Origin: Chloroflexota bacterium
Lineage (GTDB): Bacteria > Chloroflexota > Anaerolineae > JAAEKA01
Direction: 5' to 3'
Assembly: GCA_029558955.1 (NCBI GenBank)
Contig: JAKQCW010000180.1
Location: forward strand, 1,759 to 65,758
Length of the DNA: 64,000 nucleotides
The number at the start of each line of letters is the position of its first letter. Position 1 is the stretch's first letter. The notes under the pieces are model-generated. The model was not told where the DNA came from and ran no database searches. It was given only the letters and a program-made list of their open reading frames with translations. Shown here one piece after another: positions 9,345 through 17,815 of the stretch. The position numbers and the translations under genes were made by a program.

Positions 9345-10037
9345 TCACCACCCATACTTCTTCTCGACATTGGCGCGGATCTCGTCCATCGATTCCTGGA
9401 TGTAGGGATAGGTTAGCCACACCACCCCCAGGCCAAACAGCGCGCCGGTGAGGGAGCGCAGCCACCAGTTGCTGGTGCGCAGACCCAACAACTGGGACAC
9501 CCCGTCCACGGCAATGGGCAGGAGGAAGAGGATAAAGACCAGCGGCGACAGACGCGGCGCCCGTCTTCGCACCAGGGCAAAGAGCATGCCGGCCGCGATC
9601 ATCGTGCCATAGATGGCCACATCCCGCTGGCAGAGCGCCGTCTTCCAGCCCAGCGCCTCATCGCCAACAAAGCGGCGGCGCTCCATCAGGCCGCTGCCCG
9701 GCAACACGTTGGCCGCCTCCAGCTCTTCCAGGGAATAGACGTGCTGTTCGCCGAAGAGAAAATAGGAACGGTCAGGCAGTTGATGGCAGGCTGGCGAGTA
9801 GATCAGATAGATCACGCGGGCCGGCCCGGTCAACCCCACCTGCATCAACAGCGGCGCCAAAAAGGGAATGCCCACGTAGAGCAGCAGCGCAATGCAAAAC
9901 AAGGCCACCCAGTGGCGGGCGATGCCCAACACCAGGCGGTCGGCGACACGGGCGACCTGCGCAGCGCCCGGCGGCGGCGGGGGGGGCGGCGACGCGCCGC
10001 CAGGGGGCAACTGACCGGAGGAGGAGGTGTTTGTCAT
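9345..10037 (-). CDS. DUF2085-like membrane protein
   Basis: CHQLPDRS and CQRDVAIY motifs, several TM segments. Confidence 0.75.
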   Translation of the reverse strand: MTNTSSSGQLPPGGASPPPPPPPGAAQVARVADRLVLGIARHWVALFCIALLLYVGIPFLAPLLMQVGLTGPARVIYLIYSPACHQLPDRSYFLFGEQHVYSLEELEAANVLPGSGLMERRRFVGDEALGWKTALCQRDVAIYGTMIAAGMLFALVRRRAPRLSPLVFILFLLPIAVDGVSQLLGLRTSNWWLRSLTGALFGLGVVWLTYPYIQESMDEIRANVEKKYGW

Positions 10038-10042
10038 GGCTA

Positions 10043-10288
10043 TCAACCTGTTGCGGCGGCCAGCGCGCTGCGCAATTGCCGCAGGGAGATGGGCGCGGTC
10101 AGCAGCGTCCCCGCCAGCTCGACCACAGGAACGGCCAACAGGTAGCGCTCTTGTAGCCGCGGATCGCTGGTCACATCCACCTGGCGCAGCTCCAGGTCAT
10201 GCTCGGCCGCCAGCAGCTCCAGATCTTCCAGCACGGCGCGGCAAAGGGTGCAGCCTGGCGCGCTGTAGAGGGTGACCAACTGCGCCAT
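10043..10288 (-). CDS. Glutaredoxin-like protein (DUF836/NrdH-like)
   Basis: VTLYSAPGCTLC (CxxC) and VPVV cis-Pro loop. Start chosen at ATG 10288. Confidence 0.85.
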   Translation of the reverse strand: MAQLVTLYSAPGCTLCRAVLEDLELLAAEHDLELRQVDVTSDPRLQERYLLAVPVVELAGTLLTAPISLRQLRSALAAATG

Positions 10289-10290
10289 GG

Positions 10291-10875
10291 CTACTGGATC
10301 TCCGCCAGCGATTCTTCCAGCGCGCGGCGGTCCAGCAGACCGGGCCACCGCTCCACGACCCGTCCCTCGCGGTCGATGAACACCGTGGTCGGCAGGCCGC
10401 GCACGTTGTAGAGCTGCTGTATCTCGCCGCGGCTGTCCAGCGCCACGGGGAAAGTGATGCCGTAGTCTTCGACGAAGGTCGCAGCCTGGGCGGCCGATTC
10501 CTGGGCGTTAACGCCGACGATCACCAGCCCCTCCTCCTGGCGTTCCTGGAAGAGCTCCACGAAGGCCGGCATCTCCTCGCGACAGGGCGCACACCAGGTG
10601 GCCCAGAAGTTGAGCACCACCGGCTGGCCCTGCCAATCGCTCAGGCGGGTGTGTGTGCCGTCGGCGAACTGCAAGGCAAAATCTGGGGCCAACTGCCCCT
10701 TCTCCAGCCCGCGGTTGGCGTTGTTGACGCCGCGGGTGCTGATCTCGGCCAGGTTGGGCAGCCCGGTGGCCACCACCTCCTCGCTGGCCGCGCGGCTGCA
10801 GCCGCCCAGCCACAAGGCCGCGGCCAGCCAGGCCAGAGCGATCAGCCATCGGTAAGGTTTTTGGTGTCGGTTCAT
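10291..10875 (-). CDS. TlpA/ResA/CcmG-like thiol-disulfide oxidoreductase, probable lipoprotein
   Basis: LNFWATWCAPCREEMP, GLPTTVFID, N-terminal LGGC. Confidence 0.9.
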   Translation of the reverse strand: MNRHQKPYRWLIALAWLAAALWLGGCSRAASEEVVATGLPNLAEISTRGVNNANRGLEKGQLAPDFALQFADGTHTRLSDWQGQPVVLNFWATWCAPCREEMPAFVELFQERQEEGLVIVGVNAQESAAQAATFVEDYGITFPVALDSRGEIQQLYNVRGLPTTVFIDREGRVVERWPGLLDRRALEESLAEIQ

Positions 10876-10914
10876 GGGAATGCGACCTTTGGCCCGCCGG
10901 CGCTTGCCCGCAAC

Positions 10915-11979
10915 TCAGCGTTCCATGCCCAGGACGCCCAGCAGCCAGCTCTCCAGCTCCACCTGTGGAACCACGGTGGCCATGAGCTGCAGGCCGCCGG
11001 TGTAGATCACCACGCCGACCACCACCAGCAACAGGCCGCTCACCAGGCTGATGGTGGGCAAATAGCGGTAGATCTTGGGCAGATAGCGGCTCAACTGATT
11101 GAAGAGCAGGCCAGCCAGCAGGAAGGGCACGGCCAGGCCCAGCGAATAGAAGAAGAGCAGCAGCGCGCCGCGGCCGATGCTCTGCTCGGCCGCGGCCAGC
11201 GTCAGGATGCTGGCCAGAATCGGCCCGACGCAGGGGGTCCAGCCGGCCGCAAAGACGATGCCGGTCAGGAAGGAGGTCAGATAGCCGCGGCTGCGCGTCT
11301 GGCCCAGGTCGATACGCTTCTCCATCATGAAGAGGTCAGTGCGGCTGGCCCAGGCCACCAGAAGTGCGATCAGCGCGCTTTCAGCCAGCGCCATGACGGT
11401 GGGGGTGAAGCCGCCCAGCGTGGGCAGACCCGCCAGCGCGGCGCTGCCCTCCCAGACGGCGATGAAGTTCAGCACGCCAGCCACGATTCCCAGAAGGGTG
11501 TGTACCCGGATCGACCAGCCATAGCCGGCCAGGGCGATCACCGCGATCATGATGGCCTGCAACAGCCGGTTGACGGTGGTCTCGCGCACGTTGACTACAA
11601 AGGCCAGCAGCGCCAGCGCCAGGGCCAGCAGCGCCCAGCCCTGCTTGCGCCACGGGATATGGGCGATGCGCAGGCCGAAGACCACCAGCATCACGCCGCC
11701 GACGCGGGTGATCACCGGCGTGGCGCGGCTGAGCATCATGCCCAGCGCGCCGCCCAGCGCGCCCAGCGCCACGAAGACCAGGGTGAAACCGGCCACCAGC
11801 GCGACGGCATGGGAGAAGGTGAACCAGCGGCTGATCCTGCCGCTGGCGTCCGCGCCCGCCACGGTGGCGCCGGTCAGGTAGCCCAGATAGACAGGCACCA
11901 GCGGCAGCACGCAGGGGGAGAAGAAGGACACCAGCCCGAACAGCGTCGCCAGCAACAGATTCAGGTTTTGTGAGTCCAC
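10915..11979 (-). CDS. ccdA: Cytochrome c biogenesis protein CcdA with internal insertion
   Basis: SFFSPCVLPLVP and GWTPCVGPIL redox-Cys motifs. 354 aa, longer than a typical CcdA. Confidence 0.88.
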   Translation of the reverse strand: MDSQNLNLLLATLFGLVSFFSPCVLPLVPVYLGYLTGATVAGADASGRISRWFTFSHAVALVAGFTLVFVALGALGGALGMMLSRATPVITRVGGVMLVVFGLRIAHIPWRKQGWALLALALALLAFVVNVRETTVNRLLQAIMIAVIALAGYGWSIRVHTLLGIVAGVLNFIAVWEGSAALAGLPTLGGFTPTVMALAESALIALLVAWASRTDLFMMEKRIDLGQTRSRGYLTSFLTGIVFAAGWTPCVGPILASILTLAAAEQSIGRGALLLFFYSLGLAVPFLLAGLLFNQLSRYLPKIYRYLPTISLVSGLLLVVVGVVIYTGGLQLMATVVPQVELESWLLGVLGMER

Positions 11980-12076
11980 TCAGTCACCTGGATGCGCTCA
12001 AGAGCTTCAAGGTTTTCTGCAACCTGGAAGGTCTGCTTCATGTCTTTGCGCGTTACTACTCAGCCGGCGGGTGCGA

Positions 12077-12177
12077 GCACGTGGATTGAGTAGGCCGCCG
12101 TATCGAAATCACGTGCTTCACGCCGACGCGTCGGCCGCCGTATCGAAATCACGTGCTTCACACCGACGCGTCGGCCG
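12077..12177. repeat. REP-like family A palindrome plus 40-bp tandem duplication overlapping the ccmD 3' end
   Basis: AGCACGTGGATTGAGTAGGCCGCCGTATCGAAATCACGTGCT. 40-bp units at 12093-12132 and 12133-12172 differ by one base. Confidence 0.8.
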
Positions 12178-12304
12178 ACTTGTCCACCACCTCTTGCAGC
12201 ACGGCCACCTCTTCCTCCAGCTTGTTCTGGCGGCGGGAGATGCTCCACACGAAGGCAAAGGTGGCAAACCAGAAGATGATCATGCCAAGAACCAGATAAC
12301 TCAT
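12158..12304 (-). CDS. ccmD: CcmD-like small membrane protein
   Basis: 48 aa, one TM (MSYLVLGMIIFWFATFAFVWSI) then charged coil, directly after ccmC. Confidence 0.7.
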   Translation of the reverse strand: MSYLVLGMIIFWFATFAFVWSISRRQNKLEEEVAVLQEVVDKSADASV

Positions 12305-12447
12305 CGAAGTACTCCTGAGATGAATGGTGAGGGACGGGGCTGAAGGCTGAAGGAGCGCCCGGCAATGGCGGCGAGCTGCACCTGGCCCAGCGGGACGCCT
12401 GCGATCATTCAACGCTCGGTGAGGCTGATCGCAGCAGCGTCCTGGCG

Positions 12448-13188
12448 CTACCCCTCGATCAAGGCGCGTGTCTTCAGGTCATCGACCTGTTCGCGCAGGT
12501 TCTCCAGCCGCAGCCGGTAGTGCAGCAGCACCACGTAGAGCAGGCTGAAGGTGAAGATCGCATAGAGCAGCACCACCACCATGTCGCCGCTCATGTCGAA
12601 GCCGCCCTGCGAGGTTTCGCTGCCCGTGCCGATGACGGCCGGATGAATGGTGCGCCAGATGCGCACGGAGATGAAGGAGAGGGGCACGCTGAGAAAGCCG
12701 ACAATGCCGTAGATCGACGCCAGCCGGGCGCGCCGCTCCGGCTCGTCGATGGCGTTGCGCAGCATCAGGTAGGCGATATAGACCAGGAGCACGATCGCAG
12801 CCAGGGTCAGGCGCGGATCGTCCCACGACCACCAGGTGCCCCAGGTCGGCCGCGCCCAGACCGCGCCGCTGACCAGGTTGGCCGCGGTGAAAAGGACGCC
12901 GATCTCGGCCGATGAGACGGCCACATGATCCCAGCGACGCTGGCGCTTGAGCAGATAGAGGATGCCCGCGCCGGCGGTCACGCCGAAGGCCACGTAGCCG
13001 ACCCAGCCAGCCGCCACGTGGAAGTAGAAGATGCGCTGGGCCATCTGCTCTGCCTCGGTGGGCAGGTTGACGGCCGTGGGCGCCCAAAGCACTGCCAGGT
13101 AGACGCCCACTGCAACCAGCACGGCCGTCACGCCCAGCAGCAGTGGCCACAGCTTGCTCTCGCCACGAGTTCTCTTCGAGGTCACCAC
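12448..13188 (-). CDS. ccmC: Heme exporter / heme chaperone loader CcmC
   Basis: RIFYFHV and WGTWWSWDDPRL (WWD domain), RTIHP. GTG start after AAAGGAG (could be 13185). Confidence 0.92.
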   Translation of the reverse strand: MVTSKRTRGESKLWPLLLGVTAVLVAVGVYLAVLWAPTAVNLPTEAEQMAQRIFYFHVAAGWVGYVAFGVTAGAGILYLLKRQRRWDHVAVSSAEIGVLFTAANLVSGAVWARPTWGTWWSWDDPRLTLAAIVLLVYIAYLMLRNAIDEPERRARLASIYGIVGFLSVPLSFISVRIWRTIHPAVIGTGSETSQGGFDMSGDMVVVLLYAIFTFSLLYVVLLHYRLRLENLREQVDDLKTRALIEG

Positions 13189-13207
13189 GATGTCTCCTTT
13201 CAAACTA

Positions 13208-13879
13208 TTATTCCTCGACCACGTAGTCGAACAACAACATGGCCGCAGCCAAAAAGATGGCGTCATAGGCCACCAACAACTGTATCCAACGCACAATGTC
13301 GGCCAGGCTGTCGCCGTCCAGCAGCCGGCTGACCGCCTGCACGCCGGCCACGAAGACCGGCACCATCACCGGGAAGAGCAGGATCGGCAGCATCACCTCG
13401 CGCGCGCGGGTGTTGATGCTCAGCGCGGCGAACAGGGTGCCCACGGCCGCATAGCCGACGGTGCCCAGCGCCACCACCAGCAACAGGGCCGGCGACAGCA
13501 GCCAGACGTTGAAGAGCACGGTCATCAGCGGCAAGAGCAGCAGCTCGACGGCGAAAATGAAGAGCAGATTGCCGATCAGCTTGCCGAAATAGATCGCGCT
13601 GCGGTCCACCGGCGCCAGCAAGAGCCCTTCCAGCGAGCCGCGGTCCTGCTCCAGGATGAAGGAGCGGTTCAGCCCCAGCACGCCGGCGAAGGTGATGGCG
13701 ATCCACAGCACGCCGGGCAGCACCAGCCGCACGTTGTCGGCCCGCAGGTCGAAGGCGAACTGGAAGATCAACACCGACAGCCCGGCGAAGACCAGCATGG
13801 AGCTGAGGATGTCCTTGGTGCGCAGCTCAGCCCGCACATCCTTCCAGACGATGGCCAGCACCTTGCGCAGATAGCTCAT
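13208..13879 (-). CDS. ccmB: Heme exporter protein CcmB
   Basis: KDVRAELR, GSLEGLLLAP, AREVMLPILLFPVMVP. ATGA overlap with ccmA. Confidence 0.92.
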   Translation of the reverse strand: MSYLRKVLAIVWKDVRAELRTKDILSSMLVFAGLSVLIFQFAFDLRADNVRLVLPGVLWIAITFAGVLGLNRSFILEQDRGSLEGLLLAPVDRSAIYFGKLIGNLLFIFAVELLLLPLMTVLFNVWLLSPALLLVVALGTVGYAAVGTLFAALSINTRAREVMLPILLFPVMVPVFVAGVQAVSRLLDGDSLADIVRWIQLLVAYDAIFLAAAMLLFDYVVEE

Positions 13880-14577
13880 ACGCCGCCCACCGTCTCGGTG
13901 TAGATGCGGCGGAAGTGGCCGCCGCCCAGATCGCCCGTGGCCGCGTCGAAGCGCACGCGACCGCCGTTCAGGATCAGGGCGCGGTCGGCCCATTCGATGC
14001 CGCGCTCCAGGTTGTGGGTGGTCAGCAGCACGGTGCGGTCGCCGCTGCCCAGCTCCACCAGCAGCTTGCGCAGCATGTCGGCCGCCTGCTGGTCCAGGCC
14101 GGTGTCAGGCTCGTCCAGCAGCAGAATGGGCGGGTTGTGCAGGATGGCCCGGCCGATGGCCAGGCGCTGGATCATGCCGCGGCTGAAGGTGCGCACCACA
14201 TCCTTGCGCCGGCCGGCCAGCCCCACCTGCTCCAGCACCTGGTTGATGCGCTCGGGCAGATCCGGCGTCTCGTACATCCGGCCAAAGAAGTGCAGATTCT
14301 CCTCGGCCGTCAGGCTGTCGTAGATCAGCGGACTGTGCGAAACGAAGCCGATGTAGCGCCGCAGGGCCGGGCCAGCCTTTTGGGCATCCTGGCCGCCCAA
14401 CAACACCTGGCCCGAGCTCAGCTTGCTCAGGCCGGCGATGATGCGAATCAGGGTGGTCTTGCCGGCGCCGTTGGGGCCAAAGAGGGCCACCGACTGCCCG
14501 GCCGGCACCTCCAGATCGATGCCGCGCAGCACCGGCCGGCGGCCAAAGGCCTTGATGAGCTTGCTGATGGTGATCAC
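13876..14577 (-). CDS. ccmA: Heme ABC exporter ATP-binding protein CcmA
   Basis: GPNGAGKT, FSRGMIQR signature, LLLDEP, adjacent to ccmB. Confidence 0.92.
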   Translation of the reverse strand: MITISKLIKAFGRRPVLRGIDLEVPAGQSVALFGPNGAGKTTLIRIIAGLSKLSSGQVLLGGQDAQKAGPALRRYIGFVSHSPLIYDSLTAEENLHFFGRMYETPDLPERINQVLEQVGLAGRRKDVVRTFSRGMIQRLAIGRAILHNPPILLLDEPDTGLDQQAADMLRKLLVELGSGDRTVLLTTHNLERGIEWADRALILNGGRVRFDAATGDLGGGHFRRIYTETVGGV

Positions 14578-16625
14578 AGCCCTGACCGCGCCCCCTCGTC
14601 TTCGACGTCGCCGGGGCGACCGGCCGGCTCGGAGCGTGTCTCGCCGCCGTGCGCGTCGCTGAGCTCGCTGGCGACGGCGGCTGTCTCCGACCGCGTCCCA
14701 TCGGCCATCTGCTGACTGACCAGCACCAGGCTGCGTTTCTGCGCCTGCCGCGCGCTCTGATAGCTCTCGTCGGCCAGTTGGCCGGAGGCATATAGATCAT
14801 CCAACTGGGCGATGGAGGCCAGCAACCGTTGCCGCTCCGCCGCGGGGTCGGGCGCGGCCGCAGGCGCCAGGGCCAACTGCGGCGCATCCTCCGCTGGCTT
14901 GGGCTTCAGCCACAGGTAGGCTGCCAACAGGGCCAGCGCGACCAGCAGCGTCGCCACGCCGACGCCGAACAAGAGGTTGGGGTTGTAGGCCACCACGGCC
15001 TTGGCGTCGGACGCAGCCGCCGTCGTCGCCACGCTGCTGCCGGCCTCGGTCAGGCCGCTCAGGCGCAGCTCGATGGCCGCGTTGGCCGGCAGATCGACCC
15101 CCTCGAAGCTGTTCCACTGCTCCTCGGCGACCGTCTGAGCGCCCAAGCTTTGCAGCGGCGTGCTCACTTCGATGCCGTCGATCACCAGCACATTCAGGCG
15201 TTGGACCGGGTAGGGGACGCTGTGCGCCAGCTCGGCCTGGTCGCCAGCGGCGGGCAGCAGGTAGCGCAGCAGGATCTGCGTGCCGCCGGGCGGCAGGGGC
15301 TGGGTATCCACCACCCCCTCAGCCGTGCGCACGAAGCGCTCGCCGACCTGCCCGCCGTCCAGCGTGACCGAGGTGGCCCCGGCCGGCAGGTTCAGGCGCA
15401 GGACCGCATGCTTGCCCGGTGCGATCTCCTCGCTGCCGGTGTAGACGGTGTCGCTGTCATGGCTGATGCGGTAGAGCTCGCCGACCAGCAGCGCGCCCTG
15501 GTGCGAATCGACGAACCACTGCGCCAGGTCCACGGTGATCTCACCGGGGGTGGCGCTGGCGTCGTAGACCTGCAGCGGCGTCTCCAGCGTCGTTTCTCCC
15601 TCGCCAAAGCGGACGATGTTGCTGCCGAAGCTGGCGTCGCTGTAGGTGGTGCTCAGCATGAACGCATACTGGGCGCCGGTGGGCAGATCGGCAAAGCTGA
15701 ACGAGCCGTCGGCGCCGCTCTCCACCTGCTGCGGCTGCAACGCTTGGAAATTGTCGAAGATGTTGAGCGTCACCAGGGCCTGCACCGGCTGGCCGGTCGT
15801 GCCGTTGAGCAACTGGCCGCTCAATTGGCCGGCGCCGGCCGGCGCGGCCGCCGCGACCGCTGGCGCAAAGGTGAAGCTGCGGGCATAGGCGACCGCCGCC
15901 CAGATCTCCTCGTCGGACAACGAGCTGGCGAAGGGGGGCATCTCGCCCTGGCCCGCGGCGGTGAGCGCGTGCCAGTCGGCCAGCGATCGGCCGGCCGTCA
16001 GCGCGGGGTCGGTCAAATCGGGCATGGCCAGGCCATCGGCGACCGCCTGGGGGCCGTCGCCGGCGCCGCCCGCGCCGTGGCAGGCCGCGCATTGTTGCTC
16101 CCACACCGCCGCGCCCTGGGCCAGCGCCGCGTCGCTGTTGTGCAGGTTCAGCGCATAGGCTGTCACGTCCCAGATCTGCTGGTCGCTCAGCCGGTTTTTC
16201 CAGGGGGGCATCATCTGCACCATGCGCCCCTCCTTGATCACCTCGAACCAGCCGGCCGGGGTGGCCTGGCGCGCCAGCGCGGGATCGGCCAGCACCAGCG
16301 CGTCGACATCGGGCAGATCGACGGCGGTGGGGCCGTCGCCCAGGCCGGTGGTCCCATGGCAAGGTGCGCAGTTCTCGGCGAAGAGCGCCTGCCCGTTGCG
16401 CGCGGCCGGGGGATCGGTGGGGATCTGATGGTCGGGGCGGGCGGAGGCCGGCGCGGGTGCGCTGAGCAGCGCCAGCAGCGCCCAGGCCATGCCGGCCAGG
16501 GCGCACAGGGCCAGTGTCAGCAGGCGTCGCTGGGGCCGGGCGGGCCGAAACCGTTCATCCCCCGGAGTGCCGATAGCTGTGGGCATGGCGCGCGACGGCG
16601 CCCTCTTGTTTGGTTGATCAGTCAT
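14574..16625 (-). CDS. Diheme class I cytochrome c multidomain membrane protein embedded in the ccm operon
   Basis: CAPCH and CAACH with downstream MPPW/MPPF Met ligands, beta-rich middle domain, C-terminal TM and CcmI-like tail. GTGA overlap with ccmA. Exact start uncertain. Confidence 0.8.
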   Translation of the reverse strand: MTDQPNKRAPSRAMPTAIGTPGDERFRPARPQRRLLTLALCALAGMAWALLALLSAPAPASARPDHQIPTDPPAARNGQALFAENCAPCHGTTGLGDGPTAVDLPDVDALVLADPALARQATPAGWFEVIKEGRMVQMMPPWKNRLSDQQIWDVTAYALNLHNSDAALAQGAAVWEQQCAACHGAGGAGDGPQAVADGLAMPDLTDPALTAGRSLADWHALTAAGQGEMPPFASSLSDEEIWAAVAYARSFTFAPAVAAAAPAGAGQLSGQLLNGTTGQPVQALVTLNIFDNFQALQPQQVESGADGSFSFADLPTGAQYAFMLSTTYSDASFGSNIVRFGEGETTLETPLQVYDASATPGEITVDLAQWFVDSHQGALLVGELYRISHDSDTVYTGSEEIAPGKHAVLRLNLPAGATSVTLDGGQVGERFVRTAEGVVDTQPLPPGGTQILLRYLLPAAGDQAELAHSVPYPVQRLNVLVIDGIEVSTPLQSLGAQTVAEEQWNSFEGVDLPANAAIELRLSGLTEAGSSVATTAAASDAKAVVAYNPNLLFGVGVATLLVALALLAAYLWLKPKPAEDAPQLALAPAAAPDPAAERQRLLASIAQLDDLYASGQLADESYQSARQAQKRSLVLVSQQMADGTRSETAAVASELSDAHGGETRSEPAGRPGDVEDEGARSGL

Positions 16626-16753
16626 GCCAAGCTGGACAAGAAAAGCGGTCGCCCGCCCCTGGGAACGAGCGACCGCAGATGATAGATGATACGGCGTGTG
16701 GGGACTTCCGAAGTCCTGAAGCTGAGTGGATCTCAGCCCATCATCAAGTCAGC

Positions 16754-16886
16754 GCTCGGGCCGGTCTCCGACCGAGCCCGCAGCCTCATCTCACTGCTCT
16801 CTCACTGCTCGGGCCGGTCTCCGACCGAGCCCGTGGACTTCAGGTCGCTCGGGCCGGTCTCCGACCGAGCCCGTGGACTTCAGGTC
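16754..16886. repeat. REP-like family B, 3 copies
   Basis: GCTCGGGCCGGTCTCCGACCGAGCCCG at 16754, 16807 and 16847. Confidence 0.85.
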
Positions 16887-16892
16887 ATCTGC

Positions 16893-17381
16893 TCAGCCAA
16901 TCGATTCGACCTGAATCTCCTCGTAGTCCATCGGCTTCTGCTCGCCGCCATGCTCCTCGTAGCGCGAGGGGCATTTGAGCAGCAGCGAGTTGGCGTAGAG
17001 CACGCCATCCTCGCCCAGCTTGCCCTCGACGATAGCCTCGGCCGCGCGCACGAAGTTGTCAGGCCGCGGGCCGTGGAAGTAGATGGGCAGTTGGTTCCCC
17101 TCTTCGCCGATGCTGAAGCGCAGGATCAGCTCGGAGGCGTTGTAATCGACGCTTTCATCGATAACCACGCCGCTGACGCGCACATTTTTGCCCACGTACT
17201 GCTCAGCCTGGGCCGTCAGCTCAGGCACGGTCATGTAGTAAGCGCCGGCGCTGCTCATGGCATTGAAGACCAGGAAGCCGATCGCGACGAAAATCACCAC
17301 CGCGCCGATGAGGAACTTGAACTTGCGATTGGCTGGCTTGGCCTCCAGTTGAGGGCCAGTCAGAATTGTCGACTCTGTCAT
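16893..17381 (-). CDS. ccmE: Cytochrome c maturation heme chaperone CcmE, CxxxY variant
   Basis: YYMTVPEL, VRVSGVV, VEGKL..ANSLLLKCPSRYE (Cys where canonical CcmE has HxxxY). Confidence 0.92.
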   Translation of the reverse strand: MTESTILTGPQLEAKPANRKFKFLIGAVVIFVAIGFLVFNAMSSAGAYYMTVPELTAQAEQYVGKNVRVSGVVIDESVDYNASELILRFSIGEEGNQLPIYFHGPRPDNFVRAAEAIVEGKLGEDGVLYANSLLLKCPSRYEEHGGEQKPMDYEEIQVESIG

Positions 17382-17426
17382 AGAGACTCTCCTAGCATGC
17401 TGAGGTCAGTTGGCTGGTGATGCGCG

Positions 17427-17455
17427 AGTATAGCATCAAAGCCGTCCGGTGTCAA
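17427..17455 (-). promoter_or_regulatory. Sigma70-type promoter of the ccm operon
   Basis: TTGACA-17-TATACT with extended -10 TG. Confidence 0.8.
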
Positions 17456-17494
17456 CGCCATTGTGCCACAGTTCTCAGCAATCAGGTATGATGT

Positions 17495-17745
17495 AGATCA
17501 CAAAAAGCCACAAGTTTTCCGAAATCAGCCCTGGACAGCAGCAGCGCCCATGAGAAGAACGGCCAGACGTCCCGCCGGTTCAGGAGCAGATTGACTGCCA
17601 GAGCCAGGCGGGACGCCCTTGGGATCGTGGCATGGGGCCGGTGTCTGCAACACCAGGCGCACCTATGCCACAGCGCGCTAACAAGTTGGCGTAAATAACT
17701 CTTCAGTTTACCTGCTCCCGGCGGATCCGTGATCCGCCGGGTTTG
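17495..17745 (+). ncRNA. Candidate structured non-coding RNA (unassigned; strand uncertain)
   Basis: Two nested hairpins (17568-17615, 17627-17671), upstream TATGAT at 17487, and an 11-bp terminator-like stem at 17717-17741 followed by TTT. Confidence 0.3.
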
Positions 17746-17815
17746 CGCCCACAACGCCGCCGGTTCACGGAACCGGCTTGAGCAGTGAGTGAAGACCGAT
17801 TTAGGCCGACGTGTA

